A stretch of DNA of 46,000 nt, taken from assembly GCF_964213995.1 (NCBI RefSeq), contig NW_027590501.1:248001-294000 (forward strand), read 5' to 3'. The DNA comes from Mustelus asterias (Eukaryota). The notes under the pieces are model-generated. The model saw only the letters and a program-made list of their open reading frames with translations, did not search any database and was not told the origin of the DNA. The position numbers were made by a program, and so were the translations under genes. Shown in pieces: positions 35,110 through 45,928 of the stretch (position 1 is its first letter; every line of letters begins with the position of its first letter).

Positions 35110-35926
35110 AAAAATTCACACAAACAGTGTTTCAAAACAAATCGAAGAGAAAGATGTTTTTTCTTCTTCAGTCCAAACGTTACACATGAAGGAACCCTCT
35201 TCTGGTTTCTCCAATAATTTGTTGCTTCGAGCAATTCTTTTCATGGAACAATCAGATAATTGATGACTGAAAATGGAACTAATTGTATCCCTTTAAAGCA
35301 GGAGGGCGATCGCCCGGCACAGAGGGTAATTAGGGATTTCTCCCATAGACCAATTGACAGGGATTCTACCCTCCAACCACCTGAAGTGAATTCTTTACAT
35401 GAATCATCCGTGCCAGTGCAGTTATCAACTTGCAGTTTGGTTGATCAGAAAATGCTTTGTTGCTGATTTTCCTTGTGTTAGGAAGTGACAATGCCAAGGC
35501 CAGATCTTGTTTCCTCCTTGATCGGGATGTAACCCGTGTCCACATCGCCACTTCATTCTTCCACTGGTTGTATGGTTCAGACTCTGAGAGCATCAGCAGG
35601 TAATCAGACCCTGACAATTCCCACTGCCTTTCAGTCATTTCTCACAAAAGCTGCTGGGATTGGAAGCTTCTGTCTGAAATATACTTTCTTTTAGTTTCCA
35701 ACCTTCACCATTAGACAAGCATTTTGTGTTACCATGTTATAATCCTGACAGCCTTGGGGTGGAGTCAATCTTTATTTTGTCTAGATTTGTTCACAGAATC
35801 AAACATTACAGGTTCAACTCTGACTCCAAGCTATATTAGTGAGTCCCACTTTTTACCTGCTCATTATAACTATCTAATCAGTGCCCTCCATCTGAATAAA
35901 CTTCACCTCTATTGATATAATTAACA
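35110..35926 (-). mobile_element. LTR retrotransposon 5' remnant: LTR 35735-35926, PBS-like TGG, gag-like start
   Basis: TGTTA...TAACA termini, AATAAA at 35771-35776 (minus), TGGTAACA directly after the LTR, ORF PYNQWKNEVAMWTRVT..KQDLALALSLP. Confidence 0.6.
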
Positions 35927-36890
35927 GCCACAGTCAGAGCATCCAAAAGGTCACTAATGGGTGTGACTGCCACGGTGTCTCAGCAGCTTGGGTGAACAAG
36001 TGAATCCTTTTCCACACACTGAGCAGGTGAATGGTCTCAGTTTGGAACCTAAGGGAAAATAAAATTTCAGGCAGAAGCTTCCAATCTGGTAGGTTTTATG
36101 AGAAATCGCTGAAAGTGAGTGGGAATGATCAGGGTCTCTCCCCAGTGTGAATTCCCTGATGTTTCAGGAGGTCAGATGATGTTCTAAACCTCTTTGCACA
36201 GTGAGAGTGCCTGAACGGGGTCTCCTCAGGGTGAATGCGCTGGTCGACCCTGAGGTAGGCTCAGGTTTTAAAGCAGCTCCCACAGTCAGAGCATTGAACA
36301 GGTTTCTTATTGGGGTCAGTGCCTCAGTATTCCAGCAGACTGGATGATTGACTGAGTCACTTCACACACACACATCAGATGAATGGCCTTTCCCCAGTGT
36401 GTAATCCTTTGTGTCTCAGCAGACTAGATAATTGAGTGAATCCCTTCCCACACTCGGAGCAGATGAATGGCCTCGGCCCAGTGTGAATGCGTTGGTTTGT
36501 CAGTGGGAGGGATGAGTGAGTGAATCCCTTCCCACGCTCTGAGCAGGGGGACAGTCCCTCACCCGTGTGAAATCGCTGGTGGTTCTGCAGGGTAGATGAC
36601 TGAGTGAATCCCTTTCCACACACACAACAGGTGAATGGTCTCTCCCCATTGTGAACCCGCTGGTGTGTCAGCACGGCAGACGAATCGCTGAATTTCTTCC
36701 CACACTCAGAGCAGTTGAATGGCCTCTCCCTGATGTGAAGTCGCTGGTGATTCCTCAGGGTGGATGAATCACGAAATCCCCTTCCAAACTCAGAGCAGGT
36801 GAACGGTGTCTCCACAGTGTGGCTGCATCGAAGGGTTTCCAGCTTCTAGGGACAATTGAATCCCTTCCCCCAGTCCCTACATTTCCATGG
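35927..36890 (-). pseudogene. ZNF-G: degenerate C2H2 zinc-finger pseudogene
   Basis: ORF 36375-36815 plus flanking decayed fingers; paralogous introns/exons at about 37240-37470 and 38440-38500. Confidence 0.85.
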
Positions 36891-37926
36891 TCTGCGTGTC
36901 TTTGTACATCTCCAGGTTCAGATGAAGGTTTGACCCCACAGATAACACATACATGGTCTCTCCTCACTGTGAATCCTTCAATCTTTTCCAGGCTGTGTAA
37001 CTGGTTAAAGCTCTTTCCACAGTCAGTTCACTGGAATACTCTCACTCGAGTGAATGTGTCTCAGTGATTTTCTAGTCACACTGATGTTTAAACAGTTTGA
37101 AGGAACAGACAAACATTTTCCATTCTAGTTTCAAATGCCGATGGTATTCAGATCCTGAATAATTGGGTGACTCTGTCAGGTCCTAACGTCATGTTTGTTG
37201 AGATTTGTGTCTGTAAATTCTCCCCTTCTAGTAGCCTGTGAAAGAAATTCACAAGAACCATTGCTGCCAGTCCAGGATAAAAACTCAGAATAGACAATTC
37301 TGGTTTCTGTGAAACATTCTTTCCTCTCATCCTTGAAAATTTGTAAATCTCCATCCCAAACACTCTCCCTCCATTCTCACTTTGCTGGACCTGAAATAGA
37401 CATTGTCCTGAGGGTGCTGATTCATCCTAATCGACAGATCCGTGCTGACTGTTTCATGTACAGGACACATATTCCTGAAATCTTCACACAGGGTTGTGTC
37501 TAAGCATATAGAAAATTTGCATATTTAGTGGACTAAAAATGTATGCAATATTCAGCACTCTATTACATGATTAGAGATACAGATGGGTGCGGAAGAACAT
37601 GACTTGGGGAGCAAGCAATCATGTTCTGGAACTCACTGACAATGAGAGTGGTGGAAGTGGAGACGACCAGTGATTTCAAAATAAATTTGGTCAGGCACTT
37701 GAAGGAATTAAACGTACTGGGGAACAGGGATATCGAGGAAAAATGGCACTGAGTGGATTCCCCGACAGAGACTTGGCACAGAGTCAAGCTGCTGAATTGA
37801 TTTATCTTGTGCTCTGCTGACTCTCTGACTGGAAAATATACAGAGTAGTTACAATACTATTCTGGAATTAAACACAATCAACTGTAATACAAATCCATAA
37901 ATAACAAACCTAATATGCACCATATA

Positions 37927-38127
37927 GTAAGAAGTCTCACAACACCAGGTTAAAGTCCAACAGGTTTATTTGGAATCACAAGCTTTCAGAGCGCTGCCCC
38001 TTCATCAGGTGAGAAGGAGCAGCGCTCTGAAAGCTTGTGATTCCAAATAAACCCATTGGACTTTAACCAGGTGTTGTGAGACTTCTTACTGTGCCCACCT
38101 CAGTCCAACACCGGCATCTCCACATCT
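37927..38127. mobile_element. Penelope-derived hairpin element with a 13-bp target duplication
   Basis: About 80-bp inverted arms; TATGCACCATATA at 37914-37926 and 38128-38140. Confidence 0.85.
37977..38011 (-). ncRNA. Minimal type I hammerhead ribozyme motif (Penelope type)
   Basis: CAC-CUGAUGA-A-GGGGC AGC GCUCU-GAAA-GC-UU-GUG: catalytic boxes, stem II, palindromic AGCU, stem I CAC/GUG. Confidence 0.6.
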
Positions 38128-38492
38128 TATGCACCATATAACAACACCAGACATATCAATGTTGTTACGATCCTCATGGTCACCTTATAATAAACAAATT
38201 CCCACAAATCCCAATGGAATAAACTGAAAGACAATGTTTCATTTTTTAAAAATTTTACTTTAAAAATTAATCTAAAATTAACATCACTGAATCATGCATT
38301 AAGAAACAGTATTTGAATAGACAGGATAAATTACACTTTACAAAGTTCAGACAATAAAAACAGGTTCCACAAAATCACAAACATTTTCTCCCTCAGTATA
38401 TTTAGCTCTCATTCCAGTTCCAGAGAATTTCTCTGTCTCTGTATTTCCCAGGAGAGAAAGAAAGTGTTTTCCTCACAGATGTGCCCAGAGGA

Positions 38493-38697
38493 TGAAGTTT
38501 GAGTCTGTGGTGAAGTTTGAGTCTGTGTGTGAAGTTTAAGTCTGTGGTGAAGTTTGAGTCTGTGGTGAAGTTTGAGTCTGTGGTGAAGTTTGAGTCTGTG
38601 GTGAAGTTTGAGTCTGTGTGTGAAGTTTGAGTCTGTGGTGAAGTTTGAGTCTGTGGTGAAGTTTGAGTCTGTGGTGAAGTTTGAGCCTGTGGTGAAG
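38493..38697. repeat. 18/19-bp minisatellite (TGAAGTTTGAGTCTGTGG), 11 units
   Basis: Direct tandem repeat; the unit matches the single-copy ZNF first-exon motif GAAGTTTGAGTCTGTCTGAAG near 24003. Confidence 0.95.
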
Positions 38698-38859
38698 CTA
38701 CAAACAGAAGCTGTGCTGTTTCAAATCAAACTGCGGGACTTGGAAGAAAATGCTGGGAAGAGATTTTGCAATCCTCCCAGGCAGCGTACTCCAGACTGTC
38801 ACCGCCCTCTGGGTAAACAGGCTTTCCTCACATTCCCCCGAAACCTCCTGTCCCTCACC

Positions 38860-39330
38860 TAGAACCTATTTTGCCTCATGACTGACCCTTCAATTAAGGG
38901 GAATAGCTGCTCTTTATCCACTCTGTCCGTGTATCTCATAATCTTGTACACCTCGATCAGGTCGCCCCTCAGTTTTCTCTGCTCCAACGAAAACAAGCCA
39001 AGCCTACCCAACCTTGCTTCATAACTTAAATGTTCTATCCCAGGTAGTATCCTGGTAAATATCTTCTGCACCCCCTGCATTGCAATCACATCCTTCCGAG
39101 AATGTGGCGACCTGAACTGCACACGGTACTCAAGCTGTGGCCTCACCAAAGTTCTGCACAGTTCCAACATGAGTTCCCTGCTTTTGCAACCTATGTCATG
39201 ATTGACAAAGTGAAGTGTCACGTACGCCCTTTTCACCACCCTACTAACATCCCCTTCCTCTTTCAGACATCTGTGGACAAACACGCCAAGTTCCCTTCGT
39301 TCCACAGAACACAAACTACCAAACTTGATG
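38860..39330 (-). mobile_element. CR1 RT C-terminal fragment
   Basis: ORF 38859-39335 (LVRPQLEYRVQF..RKLRGDLIEVYK). Confidence 0.9.
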
Positions 39331-39714
39331 GTCATGTTCTTAACGAGGTCAACACGTTGATTATCAGCCTGTAAATCCTTTCGGTATTGCTGATGGCAGG
39401 TGATGGGAACAGAACCGATACCTGGTCAACAATACTGCAGAAGTCAATGACAGACCGCTGGAGTACTTTGAAATCACAGAGCGATCAAATGGACATCCAT
39501 GGTCACCAATGCCCTCTTCGGGCATGGTAACTGGAAGAGGAGGAGGTGGACGACACAAGAGGCTTAGAGAGTGGACTCTATAAATCAATGTCACTCGGCA
39601 ATCTGGATAACCAGGTTTGCGCAACGTTTCTCATCAGTAAACAAACCTTCTTAAAAATAACGGTGTCCAATGATCCTTATTTGTTAACCAACAAAACCAC
39701 AGTCTAGAAGTGGA

Positions 39715-40096
39715 AATGAATAGCGTTGGGAAGCATTTTCCGATCAGGGCCAGTGTGATCTCCTGGACTCGTTTCGATCGCCTCAGGGGGTCGGAGAGGA
39801 ATTTCCCAGATTTTTTTTTCCCCATATTGGCCCTGGGGTTTTCACTCTGGGTTTTCGCCTCTCCCTGGAGATCACATGGTCTGGAATGGGCGGGTGGGGG
39901 TGAGTTAATAGGTTGTGATGAACAAAGCATCGTAGCTGTGAGGGACAGCTCGGTGGATAGGATATTAGGATGTAGATAGGCTGGAAAATTGGGCGGGGAT
40001 CCTGGATTCAGGATTCAATCCTGGACCGGGGAGCGGCGCGGGCTTGGAGGGCCGAAGGGCCTGTTCCTGTGCTGTATTGTTCTTTGTTCTTTGTTC
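39715..40096 (+). mobile_element. LINE-like 3' end with a CR1-type tail
   Basis: GGGCCGAAGGGCCTGTTCCTGTGCTGTATTGTTCTTTGTTCTTTG terminus shared with the CR1 copies. Confidence 0.6.
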
Positions 40097-40448
40097 TTCC
40101 ATTATAAGTTAATGTATGTACTTGAAACTTTGATTAAATTAACCCGTCAGCCCTGCTTCGATAGCACCTTCGAAATCCGGAATCTCTTTCATCTCTGAGG
40201 AGAAGAGGAACAGATGCACAAGAACACCACATTCTGCGGCACCACTTCAAGCCACACACCATCCTCATTTTGAACCATATCGCCGTTCCTTGCGTCAACA
40301 TTCTGGAAATCGTTTTCTGCTTAGGATTACTGGCAGAGGACAACCAATTTGAAAAGTATGGAAGGAGAAATGAAAGAAAGTGAGACATTACGAGTGCGAA
40401 ATACAAAGCCAACTGATGGGGGGAGGACAGAAAGGAAGAGATTCAGAA

Positions 40449-40730
40449 ATGACACAGAATGCACTGTTCTTTCAATTCATTTATATTTCCCTCGCGTGTG
40501 TTTACATAGTTGAATTGTTTGAAAACACGTCTCTCAATAAAAGACCGCTGGAGTCTGCCCATCGACAACCTTGCGCTTGCGGACAGTGTCACGTACCCTG
40601 AGTCACCATCAGAGGGCGCAGTCGTCACATGTTTCTCCAAACTTGAAATGACACGGACAATGTCTCTGGTACCATTGGCATACCGTTGCTATTGGCAACA
40701 AAGTCCACAGTCTATTTGTTCTGCTCTGTG
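40449..40730 (+). pseudogene. Possible TCR V-segment relic
   Basis: Leader-like MTQNALFFQFIYISL; ADSVTYPESPSEGAVVT resembles GDSVTQPLS..EGGVVI of the intact V; CTCTGGTAC (LWY) and QSPQSI follow. Confidence 0.35.
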
Positions 40731-40778
40731 TCGCCCCCTCTCTCTGGCCTACCTCACGTGTCCTGCATTACTGAATGA

Positions 40779-40985
40779 GCGGCACGGTGGCACAGTGGTT
40801 ATCATTGCTGCCTTACAGCGCAAGGAACCCAGATACAATTCCGGCCTTGGATGACTGTCTGTGCGGAGTTTGCACGTTCTCTCCGTGTCTACCTGGGTAT
40901 TCTCCAGATGCTACGGTTTCCTCCCACAGTCCAAAAATTTGCAGGTTAGGTGCATTGTTCATGCTAAATTGCCCCTTAGTGTTAC
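40779..40985 (+). mobile_element. tRNA-derived SINE, 3'-truncated
   Basis: GCGGCACGGTGGCACAGTGGTT head and CCCACAGTCCAAA core. Confidence 0.8.
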
Positions 40986-41692
40986 GGGGATTTTTTCCGA
41001 ACTGTAGAGTCATAGACTCGGGGAGAAGGAAGCAGAACCACAACCGACCTCTCCTCATCAATTTTCTCACTTCTCACTTCGCGTTTCCTTCCCAATTAAA
41101 AGTAAAGAATATGCTGTTCTCCTGACCGCTGTAACTCAGGCATTGCCATTATTCAAATGATATGAACTCTTTTTAAAAATTATTAATTGGGCGTCGGTGA
41201 CAAGACAATATTTCTGTCCATCACCTTTTGCCCTCGAACCGGGCTGGGATATTTGAGAATTCGTTATATTGTTGTTATTCTGCAATCACACACATTCCAG
41301 GCCTCGCTAGGATGGCATATTTCCTTCCACAAAGTGCATTAGTGAACTAGGTGGATTTGCAGTGAAAGCGTTCCAGCATCATCAATGCGACTAGCTTTCA
41401 ATATCAATTAATCACCTTTAAATTTAACCTTGACTTTTCTAAATTTAAATTTTGACCATTTTTCTCCAAAATCGAATTGAAATATAACGATTTGATATGG
41501 TGGGATTTGAACTAATTTTCCCAAAGCATTATTCTGGGCCCTTGAACTACTTGTCCAGTGACCCACATGTTGACAATAATTAATAAGAAAAAGCGCAGTT
41601 CTTAAAGTTGACTCTTCCCAGTACATTATATCAGAATGGGATCACAACCATACAGTGCATCGGGTTGTCTCTGAGTGGACCTTTGAAGAAAC

Positions 41693-41992
41693 GGCAATGT
41701 CACAATTAGCTGCACCATGACAATTTCATATCCTAACCCTGCTGATTTCAGACAGTAAGAAGTCTCACAACACCAGGTTAAAGTCCAACAGGTTTATTTG
41801 GTAGCAAATACCATAAGCATTCGGAGCACAGCTCCTTCGTCAGATGGAGTGGATATCTGTTCTCCAACAGTGCATGGCCAGCTTTCAGGACAGCACCCAC
41901 AGTACACGCTTTACATTATCTCAGGAATAATATACAGGCAACTAGACTTCATTGATTGATTTCTCTGTACCTTCAGTAAAACAAAGAAGATT
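41693..41992 (+). pseudogene. TCR V-segment relic split by a Penelope-like fragment (about 41756-41881)
   Basis: GNVTISCT..FRQ before the insertion and LSGQHPQYTLY..DFID*F..SKTKKI after it, colinear with FR1-FR3 of the intact V. Confidence 0.55.
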
Positions 41993-42595
41993 GCATGGTA
42001 TTCACAGCCCATCCACCGATATCTCAACATTCGAACATAAAAATTAGGCTGCCTGCAAATCTGCTCTAACATTCAGTCAGATTACAGTTCATCTGATTTT
42101 CCGTTTAAATCCACTTTTCTGCCTTGATCTTCTTGAACCGTGGCATACATTTTCGTTAAAATGTTGGTTTCACTCAGTTTTAAAATTATTCAGTGGCCCA
42201 CAGCCTCCACCGTTCTCTGGACTCTCACTGAGTCTCAGGCACTAATGCTTGGATGCTAAAATTAAGAGAATGTGCACAGAACATTGATTGGAAATCCACC
42301 AAATGTATCAACACTCCTTGCTCCTCCGTTCCAATAACAAAATGAAGGTTTTTTTCTTGACATCCCGTTTCCAAAGCGGAACAATTCGCCCAACAGTGAC
42401 ACCGAATGGAGGACAGGTTGGGGAGCTTCTATTCACTGACAGTCATCTGAGCAATTACCAATCTCACGGAGCCACTGGCGAGACACGGAACTGACGCATG
42501 AGCCTCTGAGAAATGTCGTCAGATTATTAAGGGTGGGGATTTAGAATGGGTGTCTTCAAATAACCAATTCCGCTTTCACAGAGCGGACAGAAACA

Positions 42596-43053
42596 ATGAA
42601 GATACTCGTCATCTGGATTGTGTGGGGGGCATTTCTAACAGGTATATCTGGGCATCACGTTAGTTTTCTCATTTCCAAAACTTGGGTTGAATCTTACTGT
42701 TGAGTCACGTCACTCTTTTCTTTATCTATGTGAACATATTTTCCAGGTCTGAGCCATGGCGATTCTGTCACTCAGCCGCTGTCCTCAGATGTTAAGACAG
42801 AAGGAGGCGTGGTGATATTAAACTGCAACTATGATACTGCAGAAACCAGCTATATTTTATACTGGTATCGACAGCATCCAGACTCCCAGCCCGAGTACAT
42901 ACTGTGGAAGCACTCGGGGGGTAATGAAGGTAAAGCAGATTTTGCGAAAATCCGTTTCTCGACTGACCTCCAAACCCCGAAGAAATCCATCAGTTTGACT
43001 ATCTCGGATCTGCAGTTGTCTGACGCGGCCGTGTATTACTGCGCTTTCAGCCT
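42596..43053 (+). CDS. Germline T-cell receptor alpha/delta-like V gene segment (leader exon 42596-42641, V exon 42747-43053), apparently functional
   Basis: Signal peptide MKILVIWIVWGAFLTG, phase-1 GT-AG intron, DSVTQ..LNC..LYWYRQ..PEYIL..SLTISDLQLSDAAVYYCA, followed by a 23-RSS. Confidence 0.93.
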
Positions 43054-43092
43054 CACAGTGATGGAAAGCAGCCTGACTCCTGTACAAAAACT
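43054..43092 (+). promoter_or_regulatory. V(D)J recombination signal sequence, 23-bp spacer
   Basis: CACAGTG (43054-43060), 23 nt, ACAAAAACT (43084-43092). Confidence 0.97.
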
Positions 43093-43544
43093 GTCTCAGC
43101 AAGATAAGTCAGAGCTCCTCGCTGCTGTATAGAAGTTCTGGCAGATGCAGCCACAATGAGCAGCGGCGCTGTCAGCCGCTCAAACACAAACCGACAGGAA
43201 ACCACATTCATCTCGGATCAACTGTCACCCAACTGTTTCCAGGAGAGGCCGAGAAAACAAACTGCAGAACCGTTTTAGGCCGACAAGTCCATCACATAAT
43301 GAATGTGTCAATTAAATCGTCCCTTCTGCTGCTAATCAACTCTGTATTCCTCTAAAATCAGACCTGGGTGATAAAATCCCAAACATCCGTCAAACCTGGC
43401 CGTGAAGCGCCACACACACAGCAGACGGACAGTTCTCCATGTTTGTGTGACGTCCTCTGATCCCGAAGTCCCTATTTGTCCTTTCCTTATTTTTCCGTGC
43501 CTGCTTACCATATTGAACAACACTCGCTCCATCTCCCTTTTCAG

Positions 43545-43720
43545 TTTCTGGGGGCCTTTGAGGGTGAGCTGTTCATAGCGTTTATTTGATCAATATTGCT
43601 ACATTCCAGACAGCTTGCACACCCTGAACACATTTCATAAAGTTGCGACTTTGATTTCTCAAACAAATCCGAGCAGCCAATTTCCACATCTCCCTGACTG
43701 TCTCCACCTGATACCAGGGT
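43545..43720 (+). pseudogene. Possible highly decayed V-segment relic
   Basis: Acceptor-like CTTTTCAG, then VSCS, RQLAHPEHI, DFSNK and ISLTVS in V-domain order across frames. Confidence 0.3.
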
Positions 43721-44250
43721 AGCATTAAACTTCTTATCATATCCGCATTGTTCATCTGTTTGTCGCTGCTCCTTGATTCTGTAAATCAGATGAATATTTG
43801 AATACTGTTTGGGAAACATTGTGAAATTCAATTGAATGATCAAAGTCAATGAGTTCTGAAATCTGTTCATTTTTCATAAACTGTTTCTGACCCAACAGCA
43901 CAGTCTGATCAAAAAGAAACCAGAGAACTGGTCTCGGGCCAAAGGCTCCAGAAATCTAAAAGGGGAGATGAGGAAGAGTTGTTTAATGTTACAGAGAGAC
44001 ATGGAAACAGCTTCAAAACACTAAGTGAACGAAATAGTTCAAATGGATTTATAAAGGCGAGTTTAATTATGAACGCGAGTTAAAACCAACTAATACAATT
44101 CCGCAAGTGTCCCTCACCTCTTCTTATGGGGGGTTATATTTTGTTCTTTTCGGAAGATTCCTGTGACTCTCACTGAGTTTAATTCTTGTCCCTAATTATC
44201 GGTGTGACAGCGCCATCCTCTGGCCACCAACTGGAACCCCCATTCTGGGG

Positions 44251-44695
44251 AGTTTCGTACTGGATCCGCTCTATGTATCTATGTGTGGCACGGAAATACA
44301 CGGCAGTATCCGACAGAAGACACAAAGGAACTGTTTTGTTACCCTTCAGCAAATCTGCAGAGAACCTCGGTTTGGGGACCTTTCTTCACCCCCTAAGCTA
44401 TATTTCTTCAGCAAATATCTCGGAGCTTCCCCGGAAGACTGCATGTACCAGAGGAGAGCTGGGGTAGTGTAGATTATCAAGTAACGGCAGTCCAGTCCAC
44501 ACTGTCCTTCCCGAATTGTCAATTCGAAATGAACCTGGAACACTGAAGTTTTGCCACTCATTCATGTCACACAAATACAGATTCGCTCAAAAGTCAGGGT
44601 TTAAAAATAACCACTGGATGACATGGTTAACATTTAATAATGGACCCGCCGGGCAGCAAGATCATTATAATCAGTAAGGAGCATGGAGAACACAT
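44251..44695 (-). pseudogene. Inverted TCR V pseudogene (leader 44650-44695, V exon about 44288-44563, decayed RSS)
   Basis: 46-nt leader MCSPCSLLIIMILLP with GC donor and no AG acceptor; LDCRY..LLWYMQSSGEAPRYLL; frameshift; RFSADL..SDTAVYFRA (second Cys replaced by Arg); CACACAT..ACGAAACT. Confidence 0.8.
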
Positions 44696-45086
44696 GGTTT
44701 CCGGGTATACATCTCGATACAAAGTAACAAAACGCTCTAATTCTGCCGGTGATTCCAATCTAGTGTAAAGGGTAGCCCCTGTTATAATCTGGTTTTATTT
44801 TTTGAGAAACTGAGGGGCATTTCCAAGAGACAGAATTGGCTACGCTGCCGGAACTGATGGATATTCCCCGCCAATAAATGAGAGCTGTAAAGAATCGCAT
44901 TTTCTGGTTCCTTCTGTGTCTCATGTGACTTTCATCATAACTCTGTCTCATTGCTTCCGTCTCTCTGTTATACCAACCTCTCATTTTTTGTAAACCTCCT
45001 TATCGCTATCAAATGACTGGAAATTAATTCAAATAATTCAAGGGGTGACAACAGTTTGACAAACTCGACAAAGCTACCCGAAACCA

Positions 45087-45100
45087 CCAGCAGGTGGCGT
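45087..45100 (+). promoter_or_regulatory. CTCF-binding motif candidate
   Basis: CCAGCAGGTGGCGT matches the core CCASYAGRKGGCR. Confidence 0.55.
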
Positions 45101-45609
45101 GACTTACCGTCATTGCGGAGTTTTCACATTGCTACCTGAAAATCAATGTGCCCTTTCTATTTGTCTCATTTAATGAATCCGTCATTAGTAGAGACCATGA
45201 GAAGGGCGGAGTAAATAAGAAACAGCTAAAGTTAACGACATAAACTTAAGATCACGTGTGTTCTCCGCTCTTGGATTGGTTGGAAATGGATAATGTTCAC
45301 CAGATTTAAGCAGTGATCCTTCCTTGTTGATCAGCCCCACTACTCGCCATCAGCAATTACTGAAACGATTCATTCCGCTGCTGTCTGCACCCGGGCAAAG
45401 ACGGTGAAGGCAAAAGTAGCGGAGCAGACCATGGCTGTATTTTGCGTTTCATTGACAGTCATCCAATGGAGCAGCACCACCTTATCCTCACTGCTCACTT
45501 CCGCACAGCGAAGTGTGTAAACCACCAAAGAAATTCTGTAAATTCAGAACATTTGCAGATCGTGCGATGGGTCATTCACCCCATCGTGTGTGCTTGGCTG
45601 TCATTAATT

Positions 45610-45928
45610 GGTACAGTGGTGTCACAGTGGTTAGCACTGCTGCCTCATAATTCCAGGAATCCGGGTTCAGTTCCAGGCTACGTGGAGTTTGCAGATGCTC
45701 CCAGTGTCTGTGTGGGGTGCCCCTTTTCCTCCGACAATTCAATGATGCGCAGGTTAGATGCATTTAGCATGCTAACTTGTCAAAAAATTGTTGGTTAGAA
45801 TAAATAGCCATGATAAATCTGTGGGGTTACGGTGATGGAGCAGGAGAGGACCAGGAAAATATACTCTGTCGGAGAGTCACTGCAGACTCGAAGAGCTTGA
45901 TGGCCTCCTTTTGCACTGTATGGATTCG
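45610..45928 (+). mobile_element. tRNA-derived SINE (HE1-like), diverged
   Basis: CACAGTGGTTAGCACTGCTGCCTCA head; TGGCCTCCTTTTGCACTGTA tail. Confidence 0.8.

Noticed and set aside
38493-38862. Tandem repeat as a CRISPR array or a (VVKFES)n protein
   Set aside because: No unique spacers, vertebrate context and no cas genes; the ORF is just the translated minisatellite.
45150-45500. Possible IgNAR or NAR-TCR-like V relic (ITCVL, AVFC)
   Set aside because: Only two short motifs, with no leader, no convincing WY motif and no RSS; too little support.
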